A DNA stretch of 64,000 nt from Candidatus Multivoradales bacterium. Lineage in GTDB: Bacteria > Acidobacteriota > Thermoanaerobaculia > Multivoradales > J023. Where the stretch lies: assembly GCA_965248925.1 (NCBI GenBank), contig CBDFLE010000006.1, positions 608,001-672,000 on the forward strand. Reading direction: 5' to 3'. The translations under genes were made by a program, and so were the position numbers. Positions 40,984-50,953 of the stretch are shown here, in pieces; the first letter of the stretch is position 1, and the number at the start of each line of letters is the position of its first letter. The notes under the pieces were generated by a model. That model saw only the letters and a list, made by a program, of their open reading frames with translations, did not search any database and was not told the origin of the DNA.

Positions 40984-43184
40984 TGGAATCCGTCGCGTTC
41001 TATTCCTACAAGGGGGGAGTCGGACGTTCGCTGCTCGTCGCGACCACGGCGCGTTTCCTGGCGATGTGCGGTCGCCGTGTCGTGGCCCTCGACTTGGACC
41101 TCGAAGCTCCTGGGTTGACGTATAAATTCGGCCTGCCAGAAGCCCCCGCCGGCGCCGTGGATGTCCTGACGGCGATCCTCTCAGGCAGCGACAGTCCGGA
41201 CCTCTCGGAGATCGCGATGCCGGTCGCTCTGCCCGGCGACAGCGGCTCACTTCTCGTGCTTGCGGCCGGAACGGCGCCATCGACGGCTTATTGGGCACAG
41301 GTGGCCGCGCTGCACCGGCCGGCGTATGGCTCCCGAGGCGGCATCGTCGAGGCGGCTCTGGAGTTCCAGGCCAGGATCGCGTCCGAACTCACCCCGGAAT
41401 ATCTTCTCATCGACGCCCGCACCGGCGTGAGCGAGTTCGGCGGCCTCGCGACCACGGCGATGGCGGACCGGGTGGTGCTGGTCTGCACCCGCATACCCGA
41501 GAGCGTCCACGGCACCAGCGCGGTTCATCAGGCCCTGAGATCGATGCCCACCCTGGCGGGCCGAGCGCAACGCAGCCTGGAGGTGGTGGTGTCCCGCTCG
41601 GCGCCTGGGCAGCTCGTGGGCGACGACGAGCTGAAGACCCTCTTCGGTTCCTGGTTCGAGCTTCCACACGATGCCCGGGACGGTGCGATCGAGCGCACGG
41701 CCAAGGTTGCGTCGCGTCCGGTAGTGAGCGAAGGTTGGACGGCCGGTGAGATCACCGGCACCGCGGGCAAAGTCGATTTTCCGAAGTCGCCTCAATCCCT
41801 ACTCGCTGAATCGCTTTCCTGGGTCGGTCGGACCTTTACGAACCTCGGAGCCCGTGCCGACCAGGCGCGCCGTCGGCTGCTCGAGATCGATGCCGCGATC
41901 GATGATCTCACTCGACCGGTGATGCGGCTGGGGCCGGTCCTGCACGCCCGACCCGCCTGGGATCCGGCGGCGATCACCAGGAGCTACGCTGACGGCGAGC
42001 GCACGGCGGACCTGGTCATCCACCACCCTCACGGCAAAGTGGGGGTGGTGCTGGAGTACGTCGATGGTGAAGACCCCGCTGCCGTGGCCAGGGCATGGTT
42101 CCTGGGGACCTCGGCCCGGATCGTCGTGATCCGCGGCCCGAAGTGCGCGAGATTCGGGTGGGCCGATCGGCAGGTGCATGACTTCCATGGTTACGCCGGC
42201 GGTTACCGTCTCCCCCTGCCTCACGACCTCGAACTGCTGGAGCAGCCCGCGGACTTCAGCCTGAAGAGCCTGCTCACCGCGGTGCATCGCACCCGCCTTT
42301 ACGACGGCGAGATCTTGAGCCATTGGGCCCAGCTGAACAATCTCGGCATCGATGGCGGTAGTCCAGGGGATCGGCAGAGTACCGCCCTCGTGTTGGACAC
42401 CGTTGCCGGCATGGACGACGCGGAACGCTTCGCCCAATTCGTCGCTTGTGCGGCCAAGCTCCACGAGCCCTGGGTCGAACGTCAATTGATCGGCCAGGAA
42501 CCCATGCGGCGGCGCGCCCTGACCGAGCTCGTCGCACCGCTGGTCTGGCGTGGGCCGCCCGCTGCGCTGGCCCGGCTGTCCGATAGACGGTTCGGCAACC
42601 CCCCACTCCTCTTCGGCCTGCAGTTCCTCGCCCACCACATGGGGCTGCGCTACGATCCCGACGCACTGTTCCGCGACTACAAGCGGCGGCGCGAGTCAGG
42701 CGCGGGTCGGTGGATGGAGCTCCGTTTCAACTGGCAGGAGGCAGCCGACACCACACCTGCCCGGTACGAGGCGGAAACGGGCACCGTCCACCTCGAGGGT
42801 CTGGCGATCCAGGAAGCCGCCGACCGGGTCGGTACCCCGCCGCGGGCATTGGGCAGCGTCCTGTCGATGATCCAGGCCGTTCGCGGTCTGCTCCATGTGG
42901 CGACTGACCTGGACGGCCAGCCGTGGCGAGGCGCTCCACGCAGTGAAGCTACGCAGGTGGTGCATGCCCTCGTTGCTGCGGTGGTTGACCGCGTCCTCGA
43001 CACCCTGGCCGACCCTGGCCTGCGTGCTGCTTTCGAGGTCGCTGATGCGCTGCATCCGCAAGGCCACGGGGCCTGGCGAGGCTTGCAGAAGGCGTCCAAT
43101 GAAGCTCTGCACCACGCGATCCTCACGCTCCGACGAGGCCATGCTCCCACAATGGCTCTCGATGCCGCGCTCGATCGCCGCTGA
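40983..43184 (+). CDS. ParA/MinD-type (KGGVGR) P-loop ATPase with long C-terminal extension
   Basis: MESVAFYSYKGGVGRS, VVALDLDLEAPGL and YLLIDARTG, followed by roughly 500 additional residues. Confidence 0.85.
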   Translation: MESVAFYSYKGGVGRSLLVATTARFLAMCGRRVVALDLDLEAPGLTYKFGLPEAPAGAVDVLTAILSGSDSPDLSEIAMPVALPGDSGSLLVLAAGTAPSTAYWAQVAALHRPAYGSRGGIVEAALEFQARIASELTPEYLLIDARTGVSEFGGLATTAMADRVVLVCTRIPESVHGTSAVHQALRSMPTLAGRAQRSLEVVVSRSAPGQLVGDDELKTLFGSWFELPHDARDGAIERTAKVASRPVVSEGWTAGEITGTAGKVDFPKSPQSLLAESLSWVGRTFTNLGARADQARRRLLEIDAAIDDLTRPVMRLGPVLHARPAWDPAAITRSYADGERTADLVIHHPHGKVGVVLEYVDGEDPAAVARAWFLGTSARIVVIRGPKCARFGWADRQVHDFHGYAGGYRLPLPHDLELLEQPADFSLKSLLTAVHRTRLYDGEILSHWAQLNNLGIDGGSPGDRQSTALVLDTVAGMDDAERFAQFVACAAKLHEPWVERQLIGQEPMRRRALTELVAPLVWRGPPAALARLSDRRFGNPPLLFGLQFLAHHMGLRYDPDALFRDYKRRRESGAGRWMELRFNWQEAADTTPARYEAETGTVHLEGLAIQEAADRVGTPPRALGSVLSMIQAVRGLLHVATDLDGQPWRGAPRSEATQVVHALVAAVVDRVLDTLADPGLRAAFEVADALHPQGHGAWRGLQKASNEALHHAILTLRRGHAPTMALDAALDRR

Positions 43185-43470
43185 CTGTTCGTCCGAGTGG
43201 CAGAGAGTAACTTGGCTAGTCCTCCCAGGCTCGCCGGGGGTCTGCATCATCCAGGCGGATCTCGGGTAACCCAGTCTTTCTGCCGTGGTCTAGCAGGCCA
43301 GAAAAACGGCGCGGGCCACACCTCATATTCCGGCACATGAAGAACTCTTCGCGACATGAGTTATTGGTGGATCCAGATCGGTAGGCCAAGATCTGCTCAG
43401 TAAGTTCTCTGGACACCTGCCGCTCAACCCAAGCCCCTGGGCAACGACTTTACAGGCCCCTCAGCCGCGC

Positions 43471-44889
43471 TCAGCCGCGCTCAGGCAAGCCCTGGATGGG
43501 GATCTGGCCGGTGACCGTGGTGGCATCTTCCTCCCCCATCGCCACCGCTAGACGCAACCGCAGTACGGCACCACCTCCGGGGGCCAGATCGGCCTCTAGA
43601 TGAGCGTCGTGGGCCTCTGCGATTCGCCGCGCTATCGCCAATCCCAATCCGGTGCCGCCCTTGCGCTGCGAGTAGAACAATTCGAAAACTCGCTCGCGCT
43701 CTGCGGCTGGGATGCCGGGCCCGTTGTCGACGATCTCGAGCAAGACTTCCTCGGGAGACTCGATGCGGGCCACCAAGCGCACCCGCGGCCGGGACTGTCC
43801 AGCAACCGCGAGCAGAGCGTTCTGGGTCAGGTTGAGCAGCAACTGGCCGATCTGCGCTGCGTCAACTTCGACCCTGGCTCCACCACTACGGTCGTCAATC
43901 GTGACCTTCACCGCCCGAGCTTGAATCTCACCAGCCAACACCTCGACCACTCGCCGCAGCAACTCGATCGCAGTCACCTCCCGACGCTCAATCTTCGGCG
44001 ACCGGGAGTAGGATAGAAAATCGCCCGCCAAATGCTCCAGGCGACGAATCTCAGATCGAGTGATCGACAACAGGCGCTCGGAGGATGCCGAGCCCCCGGT
44101 CTCCTGGGCCTCTTCTTCGAGCATCTGCATATTCAAGCTGAGGGAGTTGAGCGGACTGCGAATCTCGTGTGCCAAACCGCTCGCCAAAGTGCCGATGTAA
44201 GCCATCCGCTCAGCTTCGCGCGCTTGCTCTTCGAGCTGACGGGTGCGCAGAAATAAGCGCCACACCGCCACGTACGCCACTGCCAGCAGCAGCAGGGTGA
44301 GGCCGCCAATCAGCGACGCCTGGCTGATCAGGTCGCGGCGCAAGCCGGCAATCCGCCGCTCGATTTGCTGCTTGCTGATGCCGATCACCAGAGTGCCTAG
44401 TTCGCCGATCGGCAGCTCGACTTCTTCGAACAGCCGATCACTACCGGCGAAGGTCTCAGGCAACTCGCCGATATCAACCCGGGTCACCGTGCGCACTTCG
44501 TCGCTATCTGCCGACCGGCTCTCCTCTCGGCTCTGCTTGTAGACCACGGTTCCTTGGGGATCTCGGATCTCGACCCCGCGCACGATCTCTCGCTTCTGCA
44601 GTAGAGCCTCTAGATTGCGAGTGTAGGTCTGCCGATCTTGCACCGTAGAAACCACCACCCAGAGGTCGGCTTGTCCCAGCTTGTCGGCTTCCGCTTCAAG
44701 TTCACGAACCAACGGAGCGGCTTCTTCTCGCGTCTCGACTAGAGCCCGCTCCATGAAGCGCTGCGATAGGCTATTGACGATCAACCAGCCGAAAAGGGCG
44801 ATGTCGAAAGCAATGAATAGGCCGAGCACAACCGCTGCCAGCAAGAGCTTCCTCGAGCGCGACCGTCGGGCATGCAAGAAACCAGACAT
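43471..44889 (-). CDS. Sensor histidine kinase (orphan in this window)
   Basis: Two TM helices; H-box LAHEIRSPL; N-box LLLNLTQNA; DNGPGI; GTGLGL; start set at MSGFLH. Confidence 0.92.
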   Translation of the reverse strand: MSGFLHARRSRSRKLLLAAVVLGLFIAFDIALFGWLIVNSLSQRFMERALVETREEAAPLVRELEAEADKLGQADLWVVVSTVQDRQTYTRNLEALLQKREIVRGVEIRDPQGTVVYKQSREESRSADSDEVRTVTRVDIGELPETFAGSDRLFEEVELPIGELGTLVIGISKQQIERRIAGLRRDLISQASLIGGLTLLLLAVAYVAVWRLFLRTRQLEEQAREAERMAYIGTLASGLAHEIRSPLNSLSLNMQMLEEEAQETGGSASSERLLSITRSEIRRLEHLAGDFLSYSRSPKIERREVTAIELLRRVVEVLAGEIQARAVKVTIDDRSGGARVEVDAAQIGQLLLNLTQNALLAVAGQSRPRVRLVARIESPEEVLLEIVDNGPGIPAAERERVFELFYSQRKGGTGLGLAIARRIAEAHDAHLEADLAPGGGAVLRLRLAVAMGEEDATTVTGQIPIQGLPERG

Positions 44890-45071
44890 GAGCAGCCAGC
44901 ATAGCAGCCTCGGGCACCCATGGAGCAGTCGCGGAGAGCGCTGCGGGAGTTCGCTGAACCCCCTGCAATGGCTAGTCCAGGCAGTAAGATTGGCGAATTG
45001 AATAGTTTGACCGCCTGCGGTCGAACCGGTAGCATCTTTTACAGCTTTGCAGCTCTCGGGGTAAAAATCGG

Positions 45072-46754
45072 ATGGTGGAGAAGACACGGCTGCCGCAGAC
45101 CGAGCGGCCAGAGGTCAGTTATCGGATTGGCCGCAAGTCGGGATACTTGTGGCAATTCGGAGTGATGGCTTGTGCCGCAGTATTACTACTGAGTAGCTGC
45201 TTGGCTAACAAGCCCTCCCCGGCGGAAGAATCCACCGCCCCTTCCTCGGTGGTGATCTCGTACCCCTGGGACATGTCCGGCATCAACGAACTGGTCGCGC
45301 CGTCGACGGCCCTCAGTCCGACCCTCAACTACTTTGCCCTCTATCTTCAGTTGCTCGAAGAGCAGCCGGACTTCGCCAACGGTCCGGCGGAGTTCAAGCC
45401 TCGCTTGGCGCAGTCCTACGAATTTTCTGAGGACCGCCTAGCCTTAACCTTCCACCTCCGCGACGGCATGGAATGGAGCGACGGCGCGCCGATGACTGCC
45501 GAGGACGTTCGCTTCACTTGGCAGGCACAGACCCATCCGGACGTTGGCTGGGACTTGGCCTATACCAAGACCCGCATTCACAATGTCGAGGTCATCGATC
45601 CGCTGACCGTTCGCTTCCACTTTACCGAGGCCTACGCCACCCAGATGCTCGACGCCAACAATGGGGTCATCCTGCCCAAACATGCTTGGGGGCAGCTACC
45701 GTTCGAGCAGTGGGCAAAGAACCTCAATTGGTTTCAGCAGCGGATCGTGGTCAGCGGGCCGTACACGCTGACCACCTGGGATCCAGGGCAACGCATCGTT
45801 CTGGATCGCAATCCACGCTACTTCGAAGCTGGCCTGCCGAAGATTGATCGGGTGATCATCCAAATCACGCCCGATCAAGACAGCCAGATGGCGATGATCC
45901 GCGCCGGCCAGGCTCAAATTGTCGAAGCAATCCACCCCAGCCAGGCTCAGGGGGTGATCGACAACCAGGATCTCGAGTTGCTGAGCTACGACTTTCGGCA
46001 GTTTGTTTTCCTCTGCTGGAATACTCGACTCGAGCTATTTGCCGATGCCGAGGTTCGCCGCGCCTTGACTTTGGGCATTGATCGTCAGCGGATCGTCGAC
46101 TCGGTCTATCGCGGCTACGCCAAAGTCGCCTACTCCCCCTATCCATCGTTCAGTTGGGTAAGTAACAAGAATCTTCAACCGCTGGCTTACAATCCCGCGG
46201 AGGCCCGACGAATCCTCGCCGCCAAGGGCTGGGTTGACAACGATGGCGATGGCATCCTCGAACGCCAAGGTAAGCCGTTCAGCTTCAGTATCTTGACCGG
46301 TACCGGTAACCAGATCCGCATCGACATGCTGGTCTTGATCCAAGAAAATCTGCGCCGTATTGGGATCGACGCTAAGCCGCGAGTCGTCGAGGCTAACTCC
46401 CAGATCGACATGCAGAACAAGGGAGAATTCGAGGCGGTGATTTCTGGTCTCGGTATCGACACCAGCTTCGATGTCAGCTATCTGTTCCAGACTGGTGGAC
46501 TCTACAATTGGGCGGGCTATAGCGACGCCGAAGCCGATCGCCTGCAAGACGAAATCGCCAGCACCATCGAACCAATCACCGCCAAACCGCTCTACGATCG
46601 GCTGCAAGAGCTGCTGCAGCGGGATCAGCCACTAACCTTCCTCTACGAACCGCAGAGGCTCGTGGCCGTCCACCGAAACCTGCAGCAAGTCAACCCCAAC
46701 TCGGTCAATACCTACTACAACCTGCGCAGCTGGCAACTCGCTGGCGACCACTGA
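45072..46754 (+). CDS. Peptide/nickel ABC transporter substrate-binding lipoprotein (family 5)
   Basis: Lipobox LLSSC; FHLRDGMEWSDGAPMTAEDVRFT, SGPY and VRRALTLGIDR; true start uncertain. Confidence 0.92.
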   Translation: MVEKTRLPQTERPEVSYRIGRKSGYLWQFGVMACAAVLLLSSCLANKPSPAEESTAPSSVVISYPWDMSGINELVAPSTALSPTLNYFALYLQLLEEQPDFANGPAEFKPRLAQSYEFSEDRLALTFHLRDGMEWSDGAPMTAEDVRFTWQAQTHPDVGWDLAYTKTRIHNVEVIDPLTVRFHFTEAYATQMLDANNGVILPKHAWGQLPFEQWAKNLNWFQQRIVVSGPYTLTTWDPGQRIVLDRNPRYFEAGLPKIDRVIIQITPDQDSQMAMIRAGQAQIVEAIHPSQAQGVIDNQDLELLSYDFRQFVFLCWNTRLELFADAEVRRALTLGIDRQRIVDSVYRGYAKVAYSPYPSFSWVSNKNLQPLAYNPAEARRILAAKGWVDNDGDGILERQGKPFSFSILTGTGNQIRIDMLVLIQENLRRIGIDAKPRVVEANSQIDMQNKGEFEAVISGLGIDTSFDVSYLFQTGGLYNWAGYSDAEADRLQDEIASTIEPITAKPLYDRLQELLQRDQPLTFLYEPQRLVAVHRNLQQVNPNSVNTYYNLRSWQLAGDH

Positions 46755-46786
46755 GGCGGTTAGTTCTTAGCGGACTGCTGGCGCTG

Positions 46787-47755
46787 ATGCTCGGACTCTT
46801 CCTACGGCGGGTCGGCGCTTCTCTGCTACTGATCTGGGTTGTGGTTAGCGCCACCTTCGCGATTCTGCAACTGGCTCCTGGCGATCCAACCAACTTGATC
46901 CTACCGCCCTATGCCCCCGCCGAAGCAATCGCTCAGTTAAAGGCCACCTACGGCCTCGACCAGGGACCCGTGCGGCAGTATTTTTACTGGCTGCGCTCGG
47001 TATTGCTGAAGGGGGATTGGGGCCAATCGTTCAGTGCCCGGCGTCCGGCCACCGAAGTTCTTGGCGAGGCGCTGCCGAATACCGTGCTGTTGGCTCTCTG
47101 CAGCCTGCTGGTGAGCTATGGCTTGGGAATCGGCCTCGGTATTTTGGCGGCCCGGCATCCGGATTCTCTGACCGACCAGGTTATCCGCGGCCTATCGATG
47201 GTGCTTTTTGCGGTGCCCTCTTTTTGGCTGGCCTTCCTCGCAATAGAGTTCTTGGCGGTGCGGCTGCCGCTGTTCCCGATCGGCCAGATGCGTTCCCTCG
47301 ATGCGGAGTTCCTGACCCCTGCGAATCGCTTTCTCGACTTGCTGCACCACCTCGCCTTGCCGGCGCTGACTCTCGGACTGACCAACACCGGCGCGATTGT
47401 CAGACTGGTGCGCAACGGCCTGTTGGACATTCTTAACCAAGACTTCATCCGCACTGCCCGCGCCAAAGGCGCCAGTCCAATGCGGGTGATGCTGGTCCAC
47501 GCCTTGCCGAATATTTCTGGCCCGCTAGTACAGCGATTTGGCATGACACTGCCCTTTCTGCTCGGCGGCTCACTGATCATCGAGGTGATTTATTCTTGGC
47601 CTGGAATCGGCCGAGTTGCTTTCTCCGCGATCCAGGCGCGGGACTACCCCGTGATATTGGCCAGCACCGCCCTGACCGGCATCTTGGTCGTATTGGGAAA
47701 TCTCTTCGCCGATCTGCTGCACGCGTGGATCGACCCGAGGCTGCGCAATGGCTAG
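46787..47755 (+). CDS. Peptide ABC transporter permease (DppB/OppB-like)
   Basis: APGDP, GDWGQS, DFIRTARAKG and FSWPG-like YSWPGIG..RDYPV. Confidence 0.93.
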   Translation: MLGLFLRRVGASLLLIWVVVSATFAILQLAPGDPTNLILPPYAPAEAIAQLKATYGLDQGPVRQYFYWLRSVLLKGDWGQSFSARRPATEVLGEALPNTVLLALCSLLVSYGLGIGLGILAARHPDSLTDQVIRGLSMVLFAVPSFWLAFLAIEFLAVRLPLFPIGQMRSLDAEFLTPANRFLDLLHHLALPALTLGLTNTGAIVRLVRNGLLDILNQDFIRTARAKGASPMRVMLVHALPNISGPLVQRFGMTLPFLLGGSLIIEVIYSWPGIGRVAFSAIQARDYPVILASTALTGILVVLGNLFADLLHAWIDPRLRNG

Positions 47756-48743
47756 AGCCCGGCCGAGACTTTACCAACGCCTGGCGGTCACCTTGCTGGT
47801 AGCGATCGCCAGCGCCGCGTTGCTCGCACCTTGGCTTTCTCCTGCTGATCCCACCGAGCAACTCGACAGCTTGGCCGGGCGCCAGCTACCACCCCTGAGC
47901 TTCCGCCAGGCCGTCTCCCTGACCGACGGCAGCTGGCTGCTTGCCGAGCAGGCCGAACGAACTCCCGACGGCCTGCGCATCTTGCGCCTCGGTAAGGTCA
48001 CAATGTTGCCCAACGACACGGTCGCCAACCTTAGCGACCAAGGGGTCAGCGACCACCGCTTCTTCCTGCTCGGCAGCGATCAGTACAGCCGCGACGTGCT
48101 GTCCAGGTTGCTGCACGGCGCGAGAGTGTCTTTGTTTATCGGCTTGACCTCGGTCGCTCTAGCGCTGTCCCTCGGTATTCTGGCTGGTGCCGCCGCCGCC
48201 CTCGGTGGGCCCTGGGTCGACTTTTTGATCATGCGCACCGTCGATGGCCTGCTGAGCTTTCCTTGGATATTTCTGCTGATCGCCCTGGTGGCGATCTTTC
48301 CGCCGAGCACTCTCTCCTTGGTGATACTGCTCGGAGCCACCGGCTGGATGGGCATTAGTCGACTGGCCAGAGGCGAGATCAAATCCCTGGCTAACCGCGA
48401 ATTCATCGTCGCGGCCCGTTCCGCTGGCGCCCACCCTCTGGCGATCCTTTGGCGCCACCTGCTGCCCAACGCGATGACTCCGTTGGCGGTCGAAGCGACC
48501 CTGCGGGTGGGTCGGTTGATCCTGGTTGAGGCTGCCCTCTCCTTCCTTGGCTTCGGCGTTCAACCGCCGCAGGCCAGCTGGGGCACGATGATTGCCGACG
48601 GTCGGGGCCAGATGTTCAGCGCCTGGTGGGTGTCGACTTTTCCCGGCCTGGCGCTGGTGGCAACGGTGCTGGCCATCAGCCTCTCCAGCGATGCCCTGCG
48701 CGACCGGCTGGACCCCTATCTAGAGGCCCGGCCGGAAGCCTGA
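47748..48743 (+). CDS. Peptide ABC transporter permease (DppC/OppC-like)
   Basis: LGSDQYSRDVLSRLLHGARVSL, EFIVAARSAGA, HLLPN and LSFLGFG..SWG. Confidence 0.93.
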   Translation: MARARPRLYQRLAVTLLVAIASAALLAPWLSPADPTEQLDSLAGRQLPPLSFRQAVSLTDGSWLLAEQAERTPDGLRILRLGKVTMLPNDTVANLSDQGVSDHRFFLLGSDQYSRDVLSRLLHGARVSLFIGLTSVALALSLGILAGAAAALGGPWVDFLIMRTVDGLLSFPWIFLLIALVAIFPPSTLSLVILLGATGWMGISRLARGEIKSLANREFIVAARSAGAHPLAILWRHLLPNAMTPLAVEATLRVGRLILVEAALSFLGFGVQPPQASWGTMIADGRGQMFSAWWVSTFPGLALVATVLAISLSSDALRDRLDPYLEARPEA

Positions 48744-48744
48744 A

Positions 48745-49158
48745 TCACCGCTTGCGCCACACCGGTCGACGGCCGGTACGCTCGAAACTCACCGGCACCA
48801 TGAAGAACAGGAGAAAAACCAAATGCGCGTAGAGTGGCACCAGTGGTGCCGCCTGCTGCTGAACGATCGGCGCCAAGCCTCGAAGTAGATAGAGCACCGC
48901 TGGTGGCTGCAGAAGATATAGCAGCCACAGCCGACGCCGCAGCAGCGGATGCACAACCGCCGGCTCTTGCTGGGATTTAGCGCGACGCAGTAGAAAGGTG
49001 TTGCCCGCCAGCCAACCGAGAGCACTGGCCAAGCTGTAAAGAGGGTAGAGGCCAAGGCTCAAGCGCCCTGCTAGCGGCACCCAATGCAACAGAGCGGCGG
49101 CGGCAACCAGCCAGCAGGCGGTGCACAGAACCAGCGACAGAAGCTCGATGCGCCTCAT
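48745..49158 (-). CDS. Hypothetical membrane protein
   Basis: About four hydrophobic segments; lies downstream of gcvH. Confidence 0.6.
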   Translation of the reverse strand: MRRIELLSLVLCTACWLVAAAALLHWVPLAGRLSLGLYPLYSLASALGWLAGNTFLLRRAKSQQEPAVVHPLLRRRLWLLYLLQPPAVLYLLRGLAPIVQQQAAPLVPLYAHLVFLLFFMVPVSFERTGRRPVWRKR

Positions 49159-49217
49159 CTCGAGCCTACCGCGGCTTACACCTCGAACTCATCGAGTTCT
49201 TCGCTTTAGAATCTCGA

Positions 49218-49601
49218 TCATTGGCCATCATCGAGCAATGCCTGGTACTGCTCCGCCGACATCAGTCGACCGAGTTCAGCGCTCGAACTGAGCCGAATCT
49301 TGACCAGCCAACCCTGTTGCTGGGGGTCCTGGTTGACCAGCTCAGGGGTATCTTCCAACTCGGCATTGACCTCTATCACCTCGCCGCTGACCGGGACAAA
49401 GACCTCGGCCACCGCCTTGACCGACTCGATCGAGCCAATCTCGTCACCGCTGGCTACGGTTTCGCCAACTTCTGGCAGGTCGACAAACACAACTTCGCCG
49501 AGTTCCTGTTGGGCAAAATCCGTGATCCCGATGACACAGATGTCTTCCTCAACACGGATCCACTCGTGCTCTTTGCTATAGAGACAGTCGTTCGGATACA
49601 T
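49218..49601 (-). CDS. gcvH: Glycine cleavage system H protein
   Basis: YSKEHEW..GITDFAQQELG..IESVKAVAEV (lipoyl Lys). Confidence 0.97.
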   Translation of the reverse strand: MYPNDCLYSKEHEWIRVEEDICVIGITDFAQQELGEVVFVDLPEVGETVASGDEIGSIESVKAVAEVFVPVSGEVIEVNAELEDTPELVNQDPQQQGWLVKIRLSSSAELGRLMSAEQYQALLDDGQ

Positions 49602-49658
49602 GCTACAGCTTCCTCGTCCAGATGGTGGGTGTAAGGGAATCGCTCGCCAACTCTGAGT

Positions 49659-50770
49659 TTACTTCGTCGCGGCGGCCAGGGTGCGTTTGTAGAACGGCAA
49701 CGGCACGATCGATGCGGACAGATGCCGACGACGGACGGCGATTTCCAAGCTGCCGGCCGCGGCCTGCTCGGCAGGCAGCAGGAGGGTACCGATGGCCTTC
49801 TCCAAGGTCGGGCTCCAACTACCACTGGCGACGACCCCGCATTCCTGGCCAGCGACTCGCACCGCATAGCCTTGCCGAGCGATGCCACGGCCATCGATCT
49901 CGAAACCCACCAACTTGCGTGGCGTACCCGCGGCCCGCTGTTTCTCGAGCGCCTCACGGCCGACAAAATCGCCCTTGGCGAGTTTCACTGTCCAACCCAG
50001 GCCAGCTTCCCAAGGAGTGGTTTCACCGCCGATCTCGTGACCATAGAGCGCCATGCCGGCTTCGAGGCGCAGAGTATCGCGAGCGCCAATCCGGCGGGAC
50101 TCAGCTCGGACTCAAGTTTGAGCAGCTGGCGCCAAACCGCCGGAGCGGCGGCCGGCGCCAGGTAGAGTTCGAAGCCATCTTCACCAGTGTAGCCAGTGCG
50201 GGAAATCAGCGACCGCGCACCGCACACCTCGCTCTCCACGAAGCGGTAGTAGCGCAAGGCCTCTAGGTCGGCGGGGCTGTGCCGAGCTAGCATCGCCGGC
50301 GCCAATGGGCCTTGCAGAGCCAGCAGCGCATATTGGTCGGAAAGGTCCTCCACCGTGCAGTCGCCCGGCTCGCGCGCGCGGATCCAGGCCAGATCGCTGG
50401 CGATGTTGGCGGCATTCACCACCAAGAGGTAGTCATTCTGCGCCAGTTGGTAGACCAGCAAATCGTCGACGTAGGTGCCGCCCTCATTGAGTAATGCGCT
50501 GTAGTGGGCGCGCCCGGGAACCAGCTTGCTAACATCGTTGGGAGTCAGCTGCTGCAAGAAATCTTCGGCCCCGGGTCCAGCAAGCCGCAACTCGCCCATG
50601 TGCGAGACATCGAACAAGCCAGCTCGCTGGCGTACTGCATGATGCTCGGAGACGATACCGGCATATTGCACCGGCATCTGCCACCCACCGAAAGCGACCA
50701 TCTTGGCGCCAGCTTCGAGGTGGCAGTCGTAGAGAGACGTCCGCCTTGGTTCGCTCAGCTGTTCGGCCAT
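49659..50770 (-). pseudogene. gcvT: Glycine cleavage system T protein with a 1-bp frameshift near 50086 (possibly a sequencing error)
   Basis: GLFDVSHMG and ISRTGYTGEDGFE lie in one frame and ARDTLRLEAGMALYGHE in another; adding one G restores GLGARDTLRLEAG. Confidence 0.9.
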
Positions 50771-50953
50771 CGATTCCTCCGCGGTTCGAGAACCGGTCCC
50801 GAGCTGGATCATCCACCTCGGGCGGGTCAAGATACCACGCCCCCATCGATGCAGGCAGGTCCGGGCGCTGGCTATAAATTTGCAAATCGCATATTATCTA
50901 TATTTGGCCTTCCCGGAGGTCAATCTAAAGGGGTCCGACAGCAGGAAAGCAGA

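Noticed and set aside
40983-43184. Chromosome or plasmid partitioning ParA
   Set aside because: No parB or parS is present, and the KGGVGR variant with a long C-terminal extension does not fit a partition ATPase.
43216-43416. 66-aa minus-strand ORF between the ATPase gene and the histidine kinase
   Set aside because: No motif or RBS; possibly a decayed fragment but not supportable.
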